Source of the DNA: Trichoplax adhaerens
Taxonomy: Eukaryota > Animalia > Placozoa
DNA: 64,000 nucleotides
Assembly (NCBI RefSeq): GCF_000150275.1
Contig: NW_002060943.1
Location: 8,831,070-8,895,069 of the forward strand
Reading direction: 5' to 3'
The notes under the pieces were generated by a model, which saw nothing but the letters and a program-made list of their open reading frames with translations, was not told the DNA's origin and did no database searches. The position numbers and the translations under genes are program-made. Of this stretch, positions 45,391 through 58,977 are shown in pieces (position 1 is the stretch's first letter; each line of letters begins with the position of its first letter).

Positions 45391-46387
45391 TTATATCTTC
45401 GTTATACTTGTCCAAACAAATTTACCATATTTTAACGATATTAACGAAGATCTAAAACGATGTTCGGCGCAGAATATCTCTAGCTAAATATGTCAGGTGC
45501 ACGCCCGTGCACTCCGAAAATCTTGGTTAATGACTTTGTTAACACTTAAATTAACTAATCAATTATTCACAGAATCGCAGCCTAAAAAAATCTGGTTGAA
45601 CTATCGACGATAAGTTCTTGTAACTCTACTACTGCTTCTATTGTTATATTGTCAAGTGGTGGTTAGTTTCTTATCATAAAATATTGCCCAACATTGTCAG
45701 TAAAAGAAAAAACAAATTAGTTTTAAATTAAATTTATATTGATAATAACAATGTACCCAGATAAATAGGCCTGACCAATGACAGTATTATCAAAACAATG
45801 GTTGCTATTGTTGCTTCCGTCTATTCGAACTTTCCAATTCTAATTGCCTTCGGGCAAATATGGTTAAATGAATTCGACGGCAGAATACATTGATAGACTG
45901 ACAATGATACAATGCTGGACTTTGCAATGAGTATATGGCGTCCGAAAATAAAGGATACAATCAATGCAAACTCAAATAAGCTTAACAGTGAAAAGCTACT
46001 TCTTTGTTCATTTAATATACTGTACTGTATATATAATGGCGTTCATCAACGACGACGGCTTTGCTCTTATTATATATTATTTATCCAGCAATAATTACAA
46101 TACTTTTGATCGTCCCCTACTTCAAGAAGATTAGCCACCTGAATATTACTTCAATATCACAACATTTGCATCCTTCTTCCTTTCTATCTATTTGATAGGG
46201 TTAACGATTCAGGAAATTATGTTGTAACTATTACTATCCAGGCTAATAATAATATACGCTGGTAAAGTGGAAAGCAAATCCTATACAGTATATTAGGACA
46301 ATCTTGGACATTTTTTTCCATCCGTGGATGGGAAACTAATGATATTGATTCTTCCAGAAATAGTCATCGCAGAACGAAAGACTGAAG

Positions 46388-49300
46388 ATGATTGAGAAAG
46401 ATCGACAACAATCAGAGAAAACTGACATTAGCAAGGAGGACAAAATTATTATTATCAAGCGGTTGCCTTGCAGCAATACTCGATGGATTTTAGCGATAAC
46501 AATCGTAGTCCTTTTAATTGCTATAATTGGCTTGGTTGTCGGACTAATACCGAGGTCCAGTTCTCAATCTCAAGTTGGTACACAAATTGTTACAACAGTT
46601 TCAAGTATTAAATCCACCATACAAACACAATCATCACCGTCTAAAATTACGTTTCCTACAACATTACCAATTAACACCAGAAAACCTACCGATGACTACA
46701 ATACAATTCCATCTACTCCCGACCGTGTTAGCACTCATGCTCCCATTACAAATCCAATTCCAACTTCCAAGTATCCTGCTATGAACAATCCCCGTTTACC
46801 GAAACAAATTATACCTGTTCAGTATTGGTTTCAACTCGAGATTAACGTTAAAAATTTAAACTTTTCCGGTTATAACATTATCGAATTAAACGTTACATCA
46901 CCCACGAAATTAATAATTGTTCATGCTAAGCAGCTAACAATGACTGCAGTTCCTCAAGTATCTAATACTCGTGTCGCGACGGCTAATACAATCTATTATC
47001 CCGTCAAAGAACACGGCTACTACTTTCCCAATCAATATTATTATGTGGCATTGAAAGATTCTCTGAATGTTGGCATTTACTATATTAAATATCAATTTCA
47101 AGCACCTTTAAGTCGTGATTTTCGGGGATTATACGCGTATCATTACACAAGACAATCTGATCAACTTAAAATGTAAGTATGCCTACTAAGTTTTTTCCTA
47201 GCTAAGTTTATGAACCGTACTAGCAGTATTTAACATCCCCATTAATCAGAAATTTTAGACTTTTATGAGTTTTGTAATCAAGCGCCACAATTGTTTTAAA
47301 ATATTTGCACTAAAATATTCACTAAACATCTAAAATTTCAACCACCCAACCGCTTATACATTAGTTTCGTGTTGCTATGCGTTAGAATCAGTCGAAAAAA
47401 ATCTGAAATCTAATAGGTCAATTGATACAGTTAAGAAAACCGTATCTGACATTGGGTATCATAAGGGTATGAAAGATTAGCCTTGAATGCATACGCGCAT
47501 TTAATATGTATTTAATATGCATATATTCTGTAAACAATGTCTTAACTACAATTCAGATTGAAATCCTTAATCAAATAAACAATAGATTGCCTCATTAACT
47601 TTTGTTAATCTGATAATTTAACGCCTAAATCGGTCATATCATTAATGATTTTACGTAATTTAATGGCTTAATGGAGGCCTTCTGCAATAGATTCTGATAA
47701 AATAATAAAACTGAATATACGTACGTATACCCGTAAATACATTTAGCTTCTCAACTTTGTTATAACTTACTTTTTTTCATTTCTACTTTCCATAAATCAT
47801 TTTTGTAATACGTTCTATTTCTGTGCGATTTTTAGTCTTCCTATTGATATTTATGTCCTCTGCCAATGTCAAACACCTTCCAATTAAGCTATTATGACCT
47901 TAATAATATGTATGCCTTCACTAATGATGTTTATTCTAGATGGGCAGTAGCAAGTCAATCTCAACCTAATTATGCCCGAAGAATAATTCCTTGCTTTGAT
48001 GAACCATCCTTTCCGGCTGTCTTCGTTGCGAGTGTAATCGTATCGATGGACTATAGTGCAATATCAAATACTGAAATCCTAGATATACAGCCTTACAGCG
48101 TGAACAAGATTCGCATTAGATTTGATCGTAAGTCAATCGGCGTAAAGTTGTTAAAATTAACAATGTAACAATAATAATTATTACACTCAAATAGCGCCAT
48201 CAATCATGATAATATCCCCTTATTATATAGGGATTAAAGCTTCAGTAATTTTTTTTCTCGAAAATATTTAATCATAAGCGATGAAGATTATCCTAACATA
48301 ATTACGTTATAATATAAATCACAGTTGGATACCTTTATCACATATTCATCTTAGAATAAAAGCCAATTATAGTTTATCTATTCAATCTTGGCTACCATTA
48401 ACCTTGACCTTCCAATTTTGTATATGTTGTTTTGGACGAAGCTGTACTGAACAATATTAATGAATTATTTATTACATCAGCTACTCATCGTATGCCAAGT
48501 TACTTTCTAAGTATCATTGTTCATAATTTCCGCCGGATTCAACAAAAAACCAGGGCCGGATCCTCGGTATGTTACAATAAATTTTAGTTTTAATTATTAT
48601 GAAATAACTATGAAACTTATTATCATTATAATTACCATTCAAATCCTGTCCTCAGATTCGTATTTGGGCTAGAAGAGCAATCTACCAAGACGGGCAAAAT
48701 GCTTTGACTGCAGCCGTAAATATAACGAATTATTTCGAAAAAATACTAGCTATTAACTCTCCCTCAAATAAACAAGGTAAGAAAATAATACTGATTTTAA
48801 GAATTATTACTTTAGATAGATTGAAATAATTGGTTCTCAGGATTGTGCTGATAGAACTATGGATATGCAGATGTATTATGAATAGCTTGCGCTTTTACTT
48901 TTGAGTAACGCGTACACTTGTAAAAATAAATCAAACTGACGATACGTTGAACATTTCATTAGATCATGTGGCACTTCCTACATTTACTGCAGATACCACC
49001 GCAAATTGGGGAGTCCTAATTTATCGGGAGGATTTTTTACTTGATAACAATTCCTACTCTTCGTCAAAACAGCAGCAACGAATTGCAGTTACTGTTGCCT
49101 ATCAAATTGCGCAAATGGTAATATATATTACACCGAAAATAATTGTTTCAAACTGTGAAATTGACATTCGGCAATCTATTTTCATATTAGTTTCAGTTTC
49201 TTTGTTTGACATTTACAGATTATTTACAATATTCCTCTTAATTAATAAAAAAAATATTATGAGTGTAGCCACCTTACCAGACTAAAGAGTTTTAACGATG

Positions 49301-52300
49301 TTAAACTATATTTACAGTGGTTTGGAAGCTTACTAACAATTCGTAAATGGAACGATTTATGGCTTCCAGAATCACTCAGTTGCTTCTTCGAAATAGTTGG
49401 AGCAGCATATTACCAGCCTACATTCCAACTAGTAAGTATAGAAATCATAACCTACAATGTATGCTGTATTTCATAATTCTCACATAACATTACTTCAAAG
49501 CCATATCATGGAATCGATTATACTCAAAGAATATGTTTATTGTAACCTATGGTTTATCAAATGACGGTTTACAATAGCAGAAATACCGAATTAAAGTGTT
49601 AAACTTTATTTACAATATTTTGGTGGGATCTATCCCTTCGTATATCACAGCATACAATAAATTTGTTACTATAAATTATCTGATGATGTTGCTTTGGGAT
49701 CTAATTATGCTTAATCTTGCAGATGGGTCAATTCATTGTCGATCATGTTCAGTTAGCTCAGAGAACAGAAGGAGTGCTTAATTCTTACCCCTTAGTATCG
49801 GCAACGGAGCATTCCCTGACGTTTTCGGATCCTATTTATTGCCATAAGGTATCATATTTTTTAAGCAATTAAAATAAAGTTATTTCAGAACATAAACAAA
49901 TTTAATTAATTTAATTTAAATAGTTTGAACAATATCGTAAAAGTTTTGATTTAATATATCATGAAGAATGATACTATAATTTTTAGATTTACGTATAACT
50001 CTGCATTTTTTATTATTAGCTGTCTACTTATGTTAATCGTAATCATGTTTGTTATCAGGGAGCTGCACTATTTCGTATGTTGCAAAATTACATAGGCGAT
50101 ACCGATTACCTACTTGGAATTACGGTTGTTACATTATTCTATAGATCAAGTTTGATATAATCTCTTTAATTTTACAATTTATCATAAGCCAAATTATGCG
50201 ATCTTCTAGATCAACCATTCTAGTAAAGATTTGACAACTCATGTGACGTAAAGTAAATTAAGGTATGAATTTCTCATAGGATTACTTGAAGTATCACGCA
50301 TATCGATTCGCGAATGCTGCTTCCTTATTTAATGCATTGACTAAGGTGAGTAAATATATTGGTACGAGACATGAACGCTTGCGTATAGTCTCGATAACCG
50401 TTGTTGCGAACGCTTTACTATTAAAGTATATTAGATGTAGAAACCAATATAGGCTGTTCGGAGCTATTTATGACTCTCCTGAATTTAAGATTTCAGCTTA
50501 TCGATGCAATATAACTGTCGCTCATATTGAGATTAAGAATTACATAAAAATCTAGATTAATATACATTACAGTACCGTATTTCACACACTTTAGCTAGAA
50601 AACGATCAGTTAAGATAATGATGTGCATGTAAGTAGTACGGTAATATATACGAATTCCAGCATAGGCAAAACAGCTCAGTGATAAATAATCGTGCTGTAT
50701 TAATAGCACTAGTATGATGTTGCTATAATTTCATTATGTGTGGTTAAGTAACTAAACTGTCATTCCTGATTGAATAATGTTAAGGGTAAGGCTTATCTTA
50801 ATACATCTACGTCCAATTCCCTTAGGCAACTAAGCACCAAAAAAATGTAGCTAATTTCATGCACCCCTGGATAACTCAAAGAGGCTATCCCATAGTTATA
50901 GTCCAGCGAGATCCACAAAATATTGACGGCGCCATTTTAACTCAGCTTCCATTTACTTCGTCAGTTTGGTCTAAAAACAGGTATTTTCAAATTTAATCAG
51001 ATTATCCGTTTTCTGTAATCATGTTATATAATTGAATATAATTGAATACAAACATAACCAAATTTTAATACTTTAAATTAAGGCAGAGCTAAAGTCTACA
51101 TTTAAAGATAACTATTTCATTTATACTACATTCTTTCAATTGCTCACATTAAAGTATTTTAATATTGCATTTTAGTGATGGATGGCACATTCCCTTCACT
51201 TGGTATTATGGAAGCTCTCCCAATAATATCTATCAAAAAGTAATTAACAGGACCTCAGGTATCATGATCTAATTATTATATCAATCTACTTTTAATTAAA
51301 TATATACTGGCAATGTCCTATAGTCCAAGTACATCTATTTATAATATAGACTTTTATTATAGCTACTAAATAAAAATAAAATTTTAGTAGTATCACATAC
51401 AAGCATGGCTATTACCTAAAACCTTGATACGATTATAGCTTTTATAACACATTATCTGATTTTATTCCAGCAACTACTAAGATTTCTTGGCCCAGAAATA
51501 CATGGATTAAAGCAAATTTTAATCAGTATGGATACTATCGCGTAAATTATCCGCTATCAAATTGGCACGCTATTTCATCTGCTCTTCAGTCTAATCCTCA
51601 TGTAAGATAAAAAATCGAAGTTACATAACAAGTTACGATCTTGTTAAAATTCTATCGATCTATTTACGAAGTTAACTCTGATTTTTATAACAGCAAATGA
51701 CGAAATTAGATATCTCCAGTTTAATGGATGATGCTTTTGAGCTTGCCAGGTAAGATAATCTATTATTTCGCTAACCAAGAAGTTTAGTGAGTGCTATTAA
51801 TTACTTCTCTAGAAAATATTTACTGGACTGTTTAAATAGTCACATAGTATATTGTAAAGTATGGTCAGTAAATTAAACCAATATCAATCTTCCTAATTTT
51901 GATCAGATATAATTATTTCACTAAGAGAATAGCTAAGTTACAAATTATCACGTTATTTTTATTGGTAGATAAGATACGACTTGACTGATACTGATAAATG
52001 AGGTGTAAGAAAGTACAGCATAACGTTTCAGAATTAAAAATTAAACCATCTTTAAATATTTTTAGTTTGCGAAATTTAAGCTACTCAATTCCGCTTAATA
52101 TGACCAAATATTTAAAACAAGAAACTACTTATTTGCCTTGGAAAACAGCCAATGTACATATGATGAATATCATGCAAGCATTTCTACTTCGACCATCGTA
52201 CAATGCGTTTAAGGTAATTCTTCAATTAAAACGTGTTTCATATGCTAGTATCCTATTTAATATTTACGCCATTGGTATAGTTTAAAGTGTCATAACTAGT

Positions 52301-54528
52301 GCTTTCTCGTTAAGTCTTTAGCTGAGTTTTAAATGATCATCAGGACTTGATAGCTACCGTATACTATTGCACGTCTAAGAATCATTTATCATTGAATGTA
52401 CATTTTCTTTTTATTCTAGAACTATTATACGAAAATTTTAACACCCGTTATCACCGTGGTTGGTTATCAAGATACAGGACATCATAACCATAAGTAACTA
52501 GCTCGCTTAATTATTTAATATCTTGATTTTATTTTTAACTAACAATGACTCAGTTGGTCTTAACTGATAATAGTAATAGAAATATTTTTGCTATAATAAT
52601 GACATTTATGAATTCGGATGATAGATTACTCCGATCTCTCGTCGTTAATTCAGCCTGTTTACTTGGCAATCAATCCTGCATTAATTATGCTTTAACAATG
52701 TTCAGAAATTATATGAATAATCCTGCAAACACAGCGTAAGAGTTAATTTCTACGAGATACGACCTTTGCAGTAATGATTAAATTATTGCGCAATAGATAT
52801 TTATTTAGTGTATAGAGTTATTTCATGCCTCAAATAATCTTCTCTAGAATTCCAGCAAATCTGCGATCGGTGGTATTCCGTTATGGTATTCGATATGGTG
52901 GAGATGCAGAATGGAATTTTCTCTATAACCATTTCAAACATGCTTCAAATCTGAACGATAAAATTAGAATGATGCGTGCGCTATCATTTTCAACCCAGAA
53001 AGCTAATCTTCAAAGGTAAGAAGCGATTCTCCCCTATTGTTACTATATCAACAACTATTGTGATAAAATAAAACACCTGAAGATGTAAAGTACAGTAGAG
53101 AGACTTTATAGTTTTTGCATAGCTACTGTATATATTATTATCAATAAGTAATGTACAAACAAGAACTAGGGTGCTTTTCTGATATGTACATTTGTGACTT
53201 TTTACTAGATTCTGAGGGTAACGTTGAGACTAACATTTTTTTCCTAAATACTGCAATATTAAGATAAGACTGAATCTCAGAAGTATAGTGTATGGTTAAA
53301 TTACTGTAAGCTAATATTGCCGTGTGGATTATATCCAGTCTCTAAATTTACATTAATTAATTTTGGAGGGCTTTATACACTAATCATATAATTAAAAATT
53401 ACAAAAGCTTCAATTTATTTAATTAACACCCAATTAATATAAAATAGACGTTGTAAAATTGTTTATACACAGATTACGTAAATATATCAACTATATTTAC
53501 GGTATTTAAATAAATACTATTGCAATACCTTATTTCATGAATGGCTATCTTTTAGTTAACATGTACGGTAGTATTCAAAAATACAGAAAGTTTGACAGAG
53601 CAAACAAAATTGTACTAAACTGTAAAGTAACACGCTCGGAAAAAATTTACATTAATGTAATTAAAGGCGATTACAGTATGTCGAAGATATGACATAAGCT
53701 GAAGACGAGCGAAAATATTTTTACGCTAGCATTCAGTTCATTATATTACGGACGTAAATAGGCCTGTATGTAAAGAAATTTAAACTCATATATGGAGTAA
53801 ATCAGTTTAGCTGTAAGAAATTTAGGCTATTCGATATTATCGCTTAGCTATTTATCTATTATTAATAATATAATTTGATATGCGACAGTAATGCGTATAT
53901 ATTCGCACATTATTTTTATCTTAGGTACCTGAACGATTCTATCGCAGATACACTGAATCCATCATACACACTAACAATACTTGACTGGGTAGCTCAGCAA
54001 GATATTGGAAGGAGCATAGCTTGGAATTTCGTACGGGCTAATAAAAAATATTTTATGAACAGGTTAAACGGGAAAACAGTTCTCATATGATAATCTTTAC
54101 GTTGGAGGATATGCAGTAATTTTCGGTTATCGTTCTCATTAATAGTAATTGCTAAATGACAATCTTTTTTAGATTTGGTACCGTAAGGGTCCCAACAGCG
54201 TCTATTTCTAAGCACTTTAATACTCAATTTTTATTCAATCAGGTCGGTAATAAATGCTTTAGAAATGGAAAGCGAATCTTTTAATTTCATCACAACATAT
54301 CGATTTCTAATTGTAGTAGTACCATGTAGTCAAGTTGATGTAGTATTGATCTTGCACTCTTTCATATTGAAGGTACAACAATTTATGACAGCTAACCCCG
54401 ACAAAAAGGTTAATGAATTTCCACTTCCTAAGAAACAAACGATTCTTTTTAAGGTGCAAAAGAATATTGACTGGCTTCAGCACCACGAGACAACTTTGCA
54501 AAAGTGGTTCAATGACAACCTCAAATAG
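46388..54528 (+). CDS. Aminopeptidase N-like M1 family protein with degenerate active site (predicted pseudo-peptidase; paralogue 2)
   Basis: Same exon structure as paralogue 1 (TM, S/T/P stalk, RLPKQIIP, RRIIPCFDEP, GYYRVNY, C-terminal NIDWLQHHETTLQKWF*), and all exons I translated are open and phase-compatible. GAMEN is DTTAN (48992-49006), HELAH is YQIAQ (49100-49114), NEG is PES and SYAKG is YCHKG. Confidence 0.9.
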
Positions 54529-57500
54529 TTTAATTTTAAATTAACTTCAATTTTAAACATGGTATTATTTATTTATTCATTTAAGCACATAGAACAGTAA
54601 AGACTGATACTTATGCCAGAATTTGGCTTCAATAATATTTATTCTTACTCCTTATTCGATACTCCATTATTGAATGTAATATTTATCGTACTTCTATGAG
54701 TATTCTATTCCAAATAATATATTATTGTTTCTGTATGATTTATGCAATTCTTTCCAAATTTTAATAGCGCAAGTTACTGTGTAACAGCCACTTAGCATTA
54801 TAAATTCCAATATAAAATTTTGTTTTATTTTGTTTCAAGAGTATGTGTACTTATCGTACAGCACATTATGTGATTCATTGTGCTGCACATTACGTGATTC
54901 ATCCCTTCAATATTGCATTGTATAGTAAAATAACTACGTAAAATAATAATACCTCATACGACCAAGATTAATGCTGTACAGCAAATCTAAAGTTTGTATG
55001 CAATCGTTAAATATTATCTAATCAGCTTTTACAAAAATATATCAATATAGCCATTTACAGTTGCGTTGCTATACGATAAGTTTTGTGCATATTCTTTGCT
55101 CTTGTGCCTATGCTTGTATATATATACACATTAGTGTGTGCTGGTATGATAATATGAAAATGGATAAAATCTTAACTACGATTGATTGCCATTTATGTAT
55201 CTACATATTTATTGATCATTTATAATCCAAAATATTATGACTTAAGTGCTACAACCATTATCAAGTTGTTACAGTATCAAACAAGTTTGCAGTTATACCT
55301 TTATCAAATGTTACCAAATAAAGTATGTATCAGTTATTGCAGTAAATGCAATTGTAATAACGCTAAATTTTCGATGTCTCCCAAGCTTTAAGCTATATGC
55401 AACGTAACCCTATTTAATACTTGGGTAAATGAATACACTGATTCAATCTAGCAGTAAAATACTCAAGAAAAGATAATAATATCATAAACACGGGGAAAAA
55501 TAGAAATGATAAAAAGTTTAATGTGCATGCTATTGAATATTGCAAGAGCCAATAACAAAAAATATAAAATTGTTAATCGAATACACAAGTAAAATAGCCT
55601 GTAAAGTAGATTAAAATACTTGATTAGAGTATCGCTAGTATACATTGTAGTAAGACAGAGACTAGTGAAAGATAAGAGAGAAGGACGGAGCGCTCATCCC
55701 TCTCCATCAAGAAAGGAGTCTTGCAGTACAACTATTAAAATCAATTTCATTGGAATGGTGATCTGCTAATATTATTAGGCTAAAGGTCTTTTCTTATTAA
55801 TTATATCCTCAAAGAATCAATTAAGCCATTTCATTGTGATGAATATTCTCCTAAATACCTAACCAATTTAATACGGTATCTATTACACTGACATGTAAGG
55901 GCTCTATTATAGTGTCAATAAATTCGATCATTTAACTAATTGTCTTATAGTGCGCTGATATATGGTAAACGTCTTAATGATAATTATGGATTTCTAACAC
56001 TGCTAATAAAATTATAGTATCGTAAAGTATTCCTGATATAACGAGTAGGAAGTACGCGTACACGTATATTCAAGATTAATTTAGCTTGAATCATATGGGA
56101 TCACATTACAGACATCAATTAGTCGATATAATAGTACCATAGTGTGATTTAATTAAATTATTGATAACCTAATTACGTACACAAATCCATAAATATAAAC
56201 CCTAGTTATCCTAAATCTTATTCCAAGATCATATTATGAATGAGGTTACAAACTTTTTGTAATATGCACGTATTAAGTAGCAATTTCTACATACGAGCAT
56301 ACTGGCTTATATACTGCATTAATGTTTGTCTTTAAGTAGCTATAAATTATTTCATTATCACTATTATTTGTAGTAATGCAATAGTAAACTTGCTCTAAAA
56401 TGGATTTTGCTCTTCACTAGGCTAATTAAATGCTTCAAGAATACGATAATATAAATTGAATATCCATATAACCATTCACTATCATTCCTATTAATGTATG
56501 AATTCCTTAAGAATACTGACAAACAGAATGCTGTAATGTAACAAAATTCGCTGATGATTAATTTGTATTTGACTGCATATGTAAATAAAGAATTACTAAA
56601 ATTACTAAAATTACTCTACCGAAAGTATCTTTACAAGCTGTACAGTATAGTATAAGGTATTAATTCCAAAGTGATTCCAACATGACAGTTCCTGGCTTAA
56701 TCTTACGTTAAGTGTGATATTTCGGAAGGTTGAGAGTTCGGCATTAGTCGCAATAAAGCACAATTGAATAGTTAACCAAAGAGTAACCTTTATTGAGCTA
56801 GTGTAAGAGAACAATCGTGTAAGATTATCGTGCGAGTAAGGACGTGACTAGTCGAATAACTATAGTAGTGTAGAATGGGTAAAGCGTGCAAGCTTACCGT
56901 GTAACTACCAGAACTAACTAACGAGATAGACGAAAGAAGATAGCTTTTATAATGTTCCTTAGGAGCACAGCAGGAGGAAATTATTTATAGGCGCGAATGA
57001 TTCATGAAAATAGGTTACTTCTGTGTTAACGCTAATGCTACGGTATAAGTTAGCTAGAGTACAAGATATTTCCACTGAGTAAATTGTTAAATATAGATCA
57101 TACATATTTAGAATTGTGTTACGGTCTTAGAATTACGCTACAGTCTAGTGAAAACGAATACTTTTACTAAAAATAGACTATATCGTATTTAGAAGTAAAC
57201 ACTACATTAAGCGCCTTTATTTTATGAATTTATTGTGGTTAACAGCCGTTTATTGATCCTCAGCGGAATAATCGCTAACTGCTTATTAATGGATATTTTA
57301 GCGCTATCAGCCATTCCTACTTCGCTTTTTTCTAAAGCAATAATACTTCCTGGATACGACGACCAATAGTTTTGTACCTGTAATTGTTATTATTAAAGGA
57401 AATAGTTGATCACGAAATGACCGATTGTCAGTGTTCACCTCATTCTACTCGTAAATTGAGTTTGAAATCGTATGCTCTGCTTTGTATGCTAAATTGGGTA

Positions 57501-58977
57501 ATATATGTAATTTGCTTGTCACTACGAAAAAAGTTTATTTAAACATGAGAATAGGTTCAAATTGTGCTACATTGAAGCGATCAACACGCTTCGGGCAATC
57601 TAGTTACCAATGTATAAATCCTGCATTAACAAAACAGGAATCCCGTAGTAATCTTTATTTACACTCTTATAGGTCTAATTTAATCTTCTAGGAAAATATA
57701 GGATTTGTTTTTCTTCAGGTGTTGGCAATTGTTTTCTCTGCCAAAGTCATTTTGCTAAGTGAATTATTTAAAATTCGGCTTTGAAATGAGATCATTTTAC
57801 TCTAATCTCGGTCCAGTGATTAATAACGGCCGACTACTAGTTTTTATTTAACAATAGATCGAAAGGAATAACTGCTTTGAGAATTGCGCTCAATAAACTC
57901 TTAAACTAATGACCCTAAATTTTCACAAATAATAATGATCAAAGCAATGATTCGTAAGCTTTGTCTATAAAAATTGTAACAGTATCAGCATTGTAACATA
58001 GGATTTTCCTAGACTTGATTTATTTATTTACTAATAGGTGAAATTTTTTCGAGATTTGCTTGCCACCATCATCTCTGAGATCTATATTTCCTACTTTTAA
58101 ACTGTTGAGTACAGCGTGAGCTTCTGTGGAATACTTTTCGTTCGAAAGTATATTGTAAGTTAATTCGTAACTATTCTTCTGATTCTTTGTTTTGTTAAAA
58201 GTAAGATAACGGATACTCTAATATGATCGGCAACAATTAATAGATATTGTTTATGCCACTTAATAATTATTGCGAAAGAGAATACTAAGATATGAATCCT
58301 GTTCGAGGAATTGATACTCGAACTGTATTAATAATTGCGCGATAGTAGAGTGTTTTTAGTACAATTAGAACAATTTTGTTGGTGATGATGAGAAAATTCA
58401 TCGCTTTGGCAAATGACGACAAGATCAACTTACCGTTCGAGAACGTTAATTATACATTAATTAATAATCACTTGTATAAAGGACTACATTACGTTGGTAA
58501 GTGATTAGCATTACTATAGTCGGCGAAAACTTTAGATTGCAATGTTGTGGCTGTGAAACATATGACGACTATTTCAACAAAGACATATGCTGCATTTCAT
58601 TAACATTGTTTACATGGGTATCATTGCACATATCATTAATAATTTTAGAGAAAAATCTTGAGCACTATTGTCAACGACCATAATTGCAAGCTACAATGTG
58701 CAGAGTAATCCCATTATTCTAACTTAAGCGTTATTTTAATTGGCTACTTTTAATTTACTTTATACAACAATAACTTGGATCGTTATTGGAGGATAACTCT
58801 ATATTTGTAAATGATCCACTTCGCTTTGTATTTTTAAGCTTGGGTCGCTTAAAAATCTGTTTAGCGAGTCACGCGCTCGAAGTAGAAAAAGACCTGCTCA
58901 GAAGTAAAGCATTTAGCCTTGCGCTGACATCCGTACCAAACAGTCTATCAACGTTGACAAATTCTCGTTAGTCAAAA

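Noticed and set aside
58501-58683. Tetraspanin-like LQCCG...DDY...CC motif upstream of aminopeptidase 3
   Set aside because: No flanking transmembrane exons or PxSCC motif could be found. It is a single short motif and is probably chance; BLASTX would settle it.
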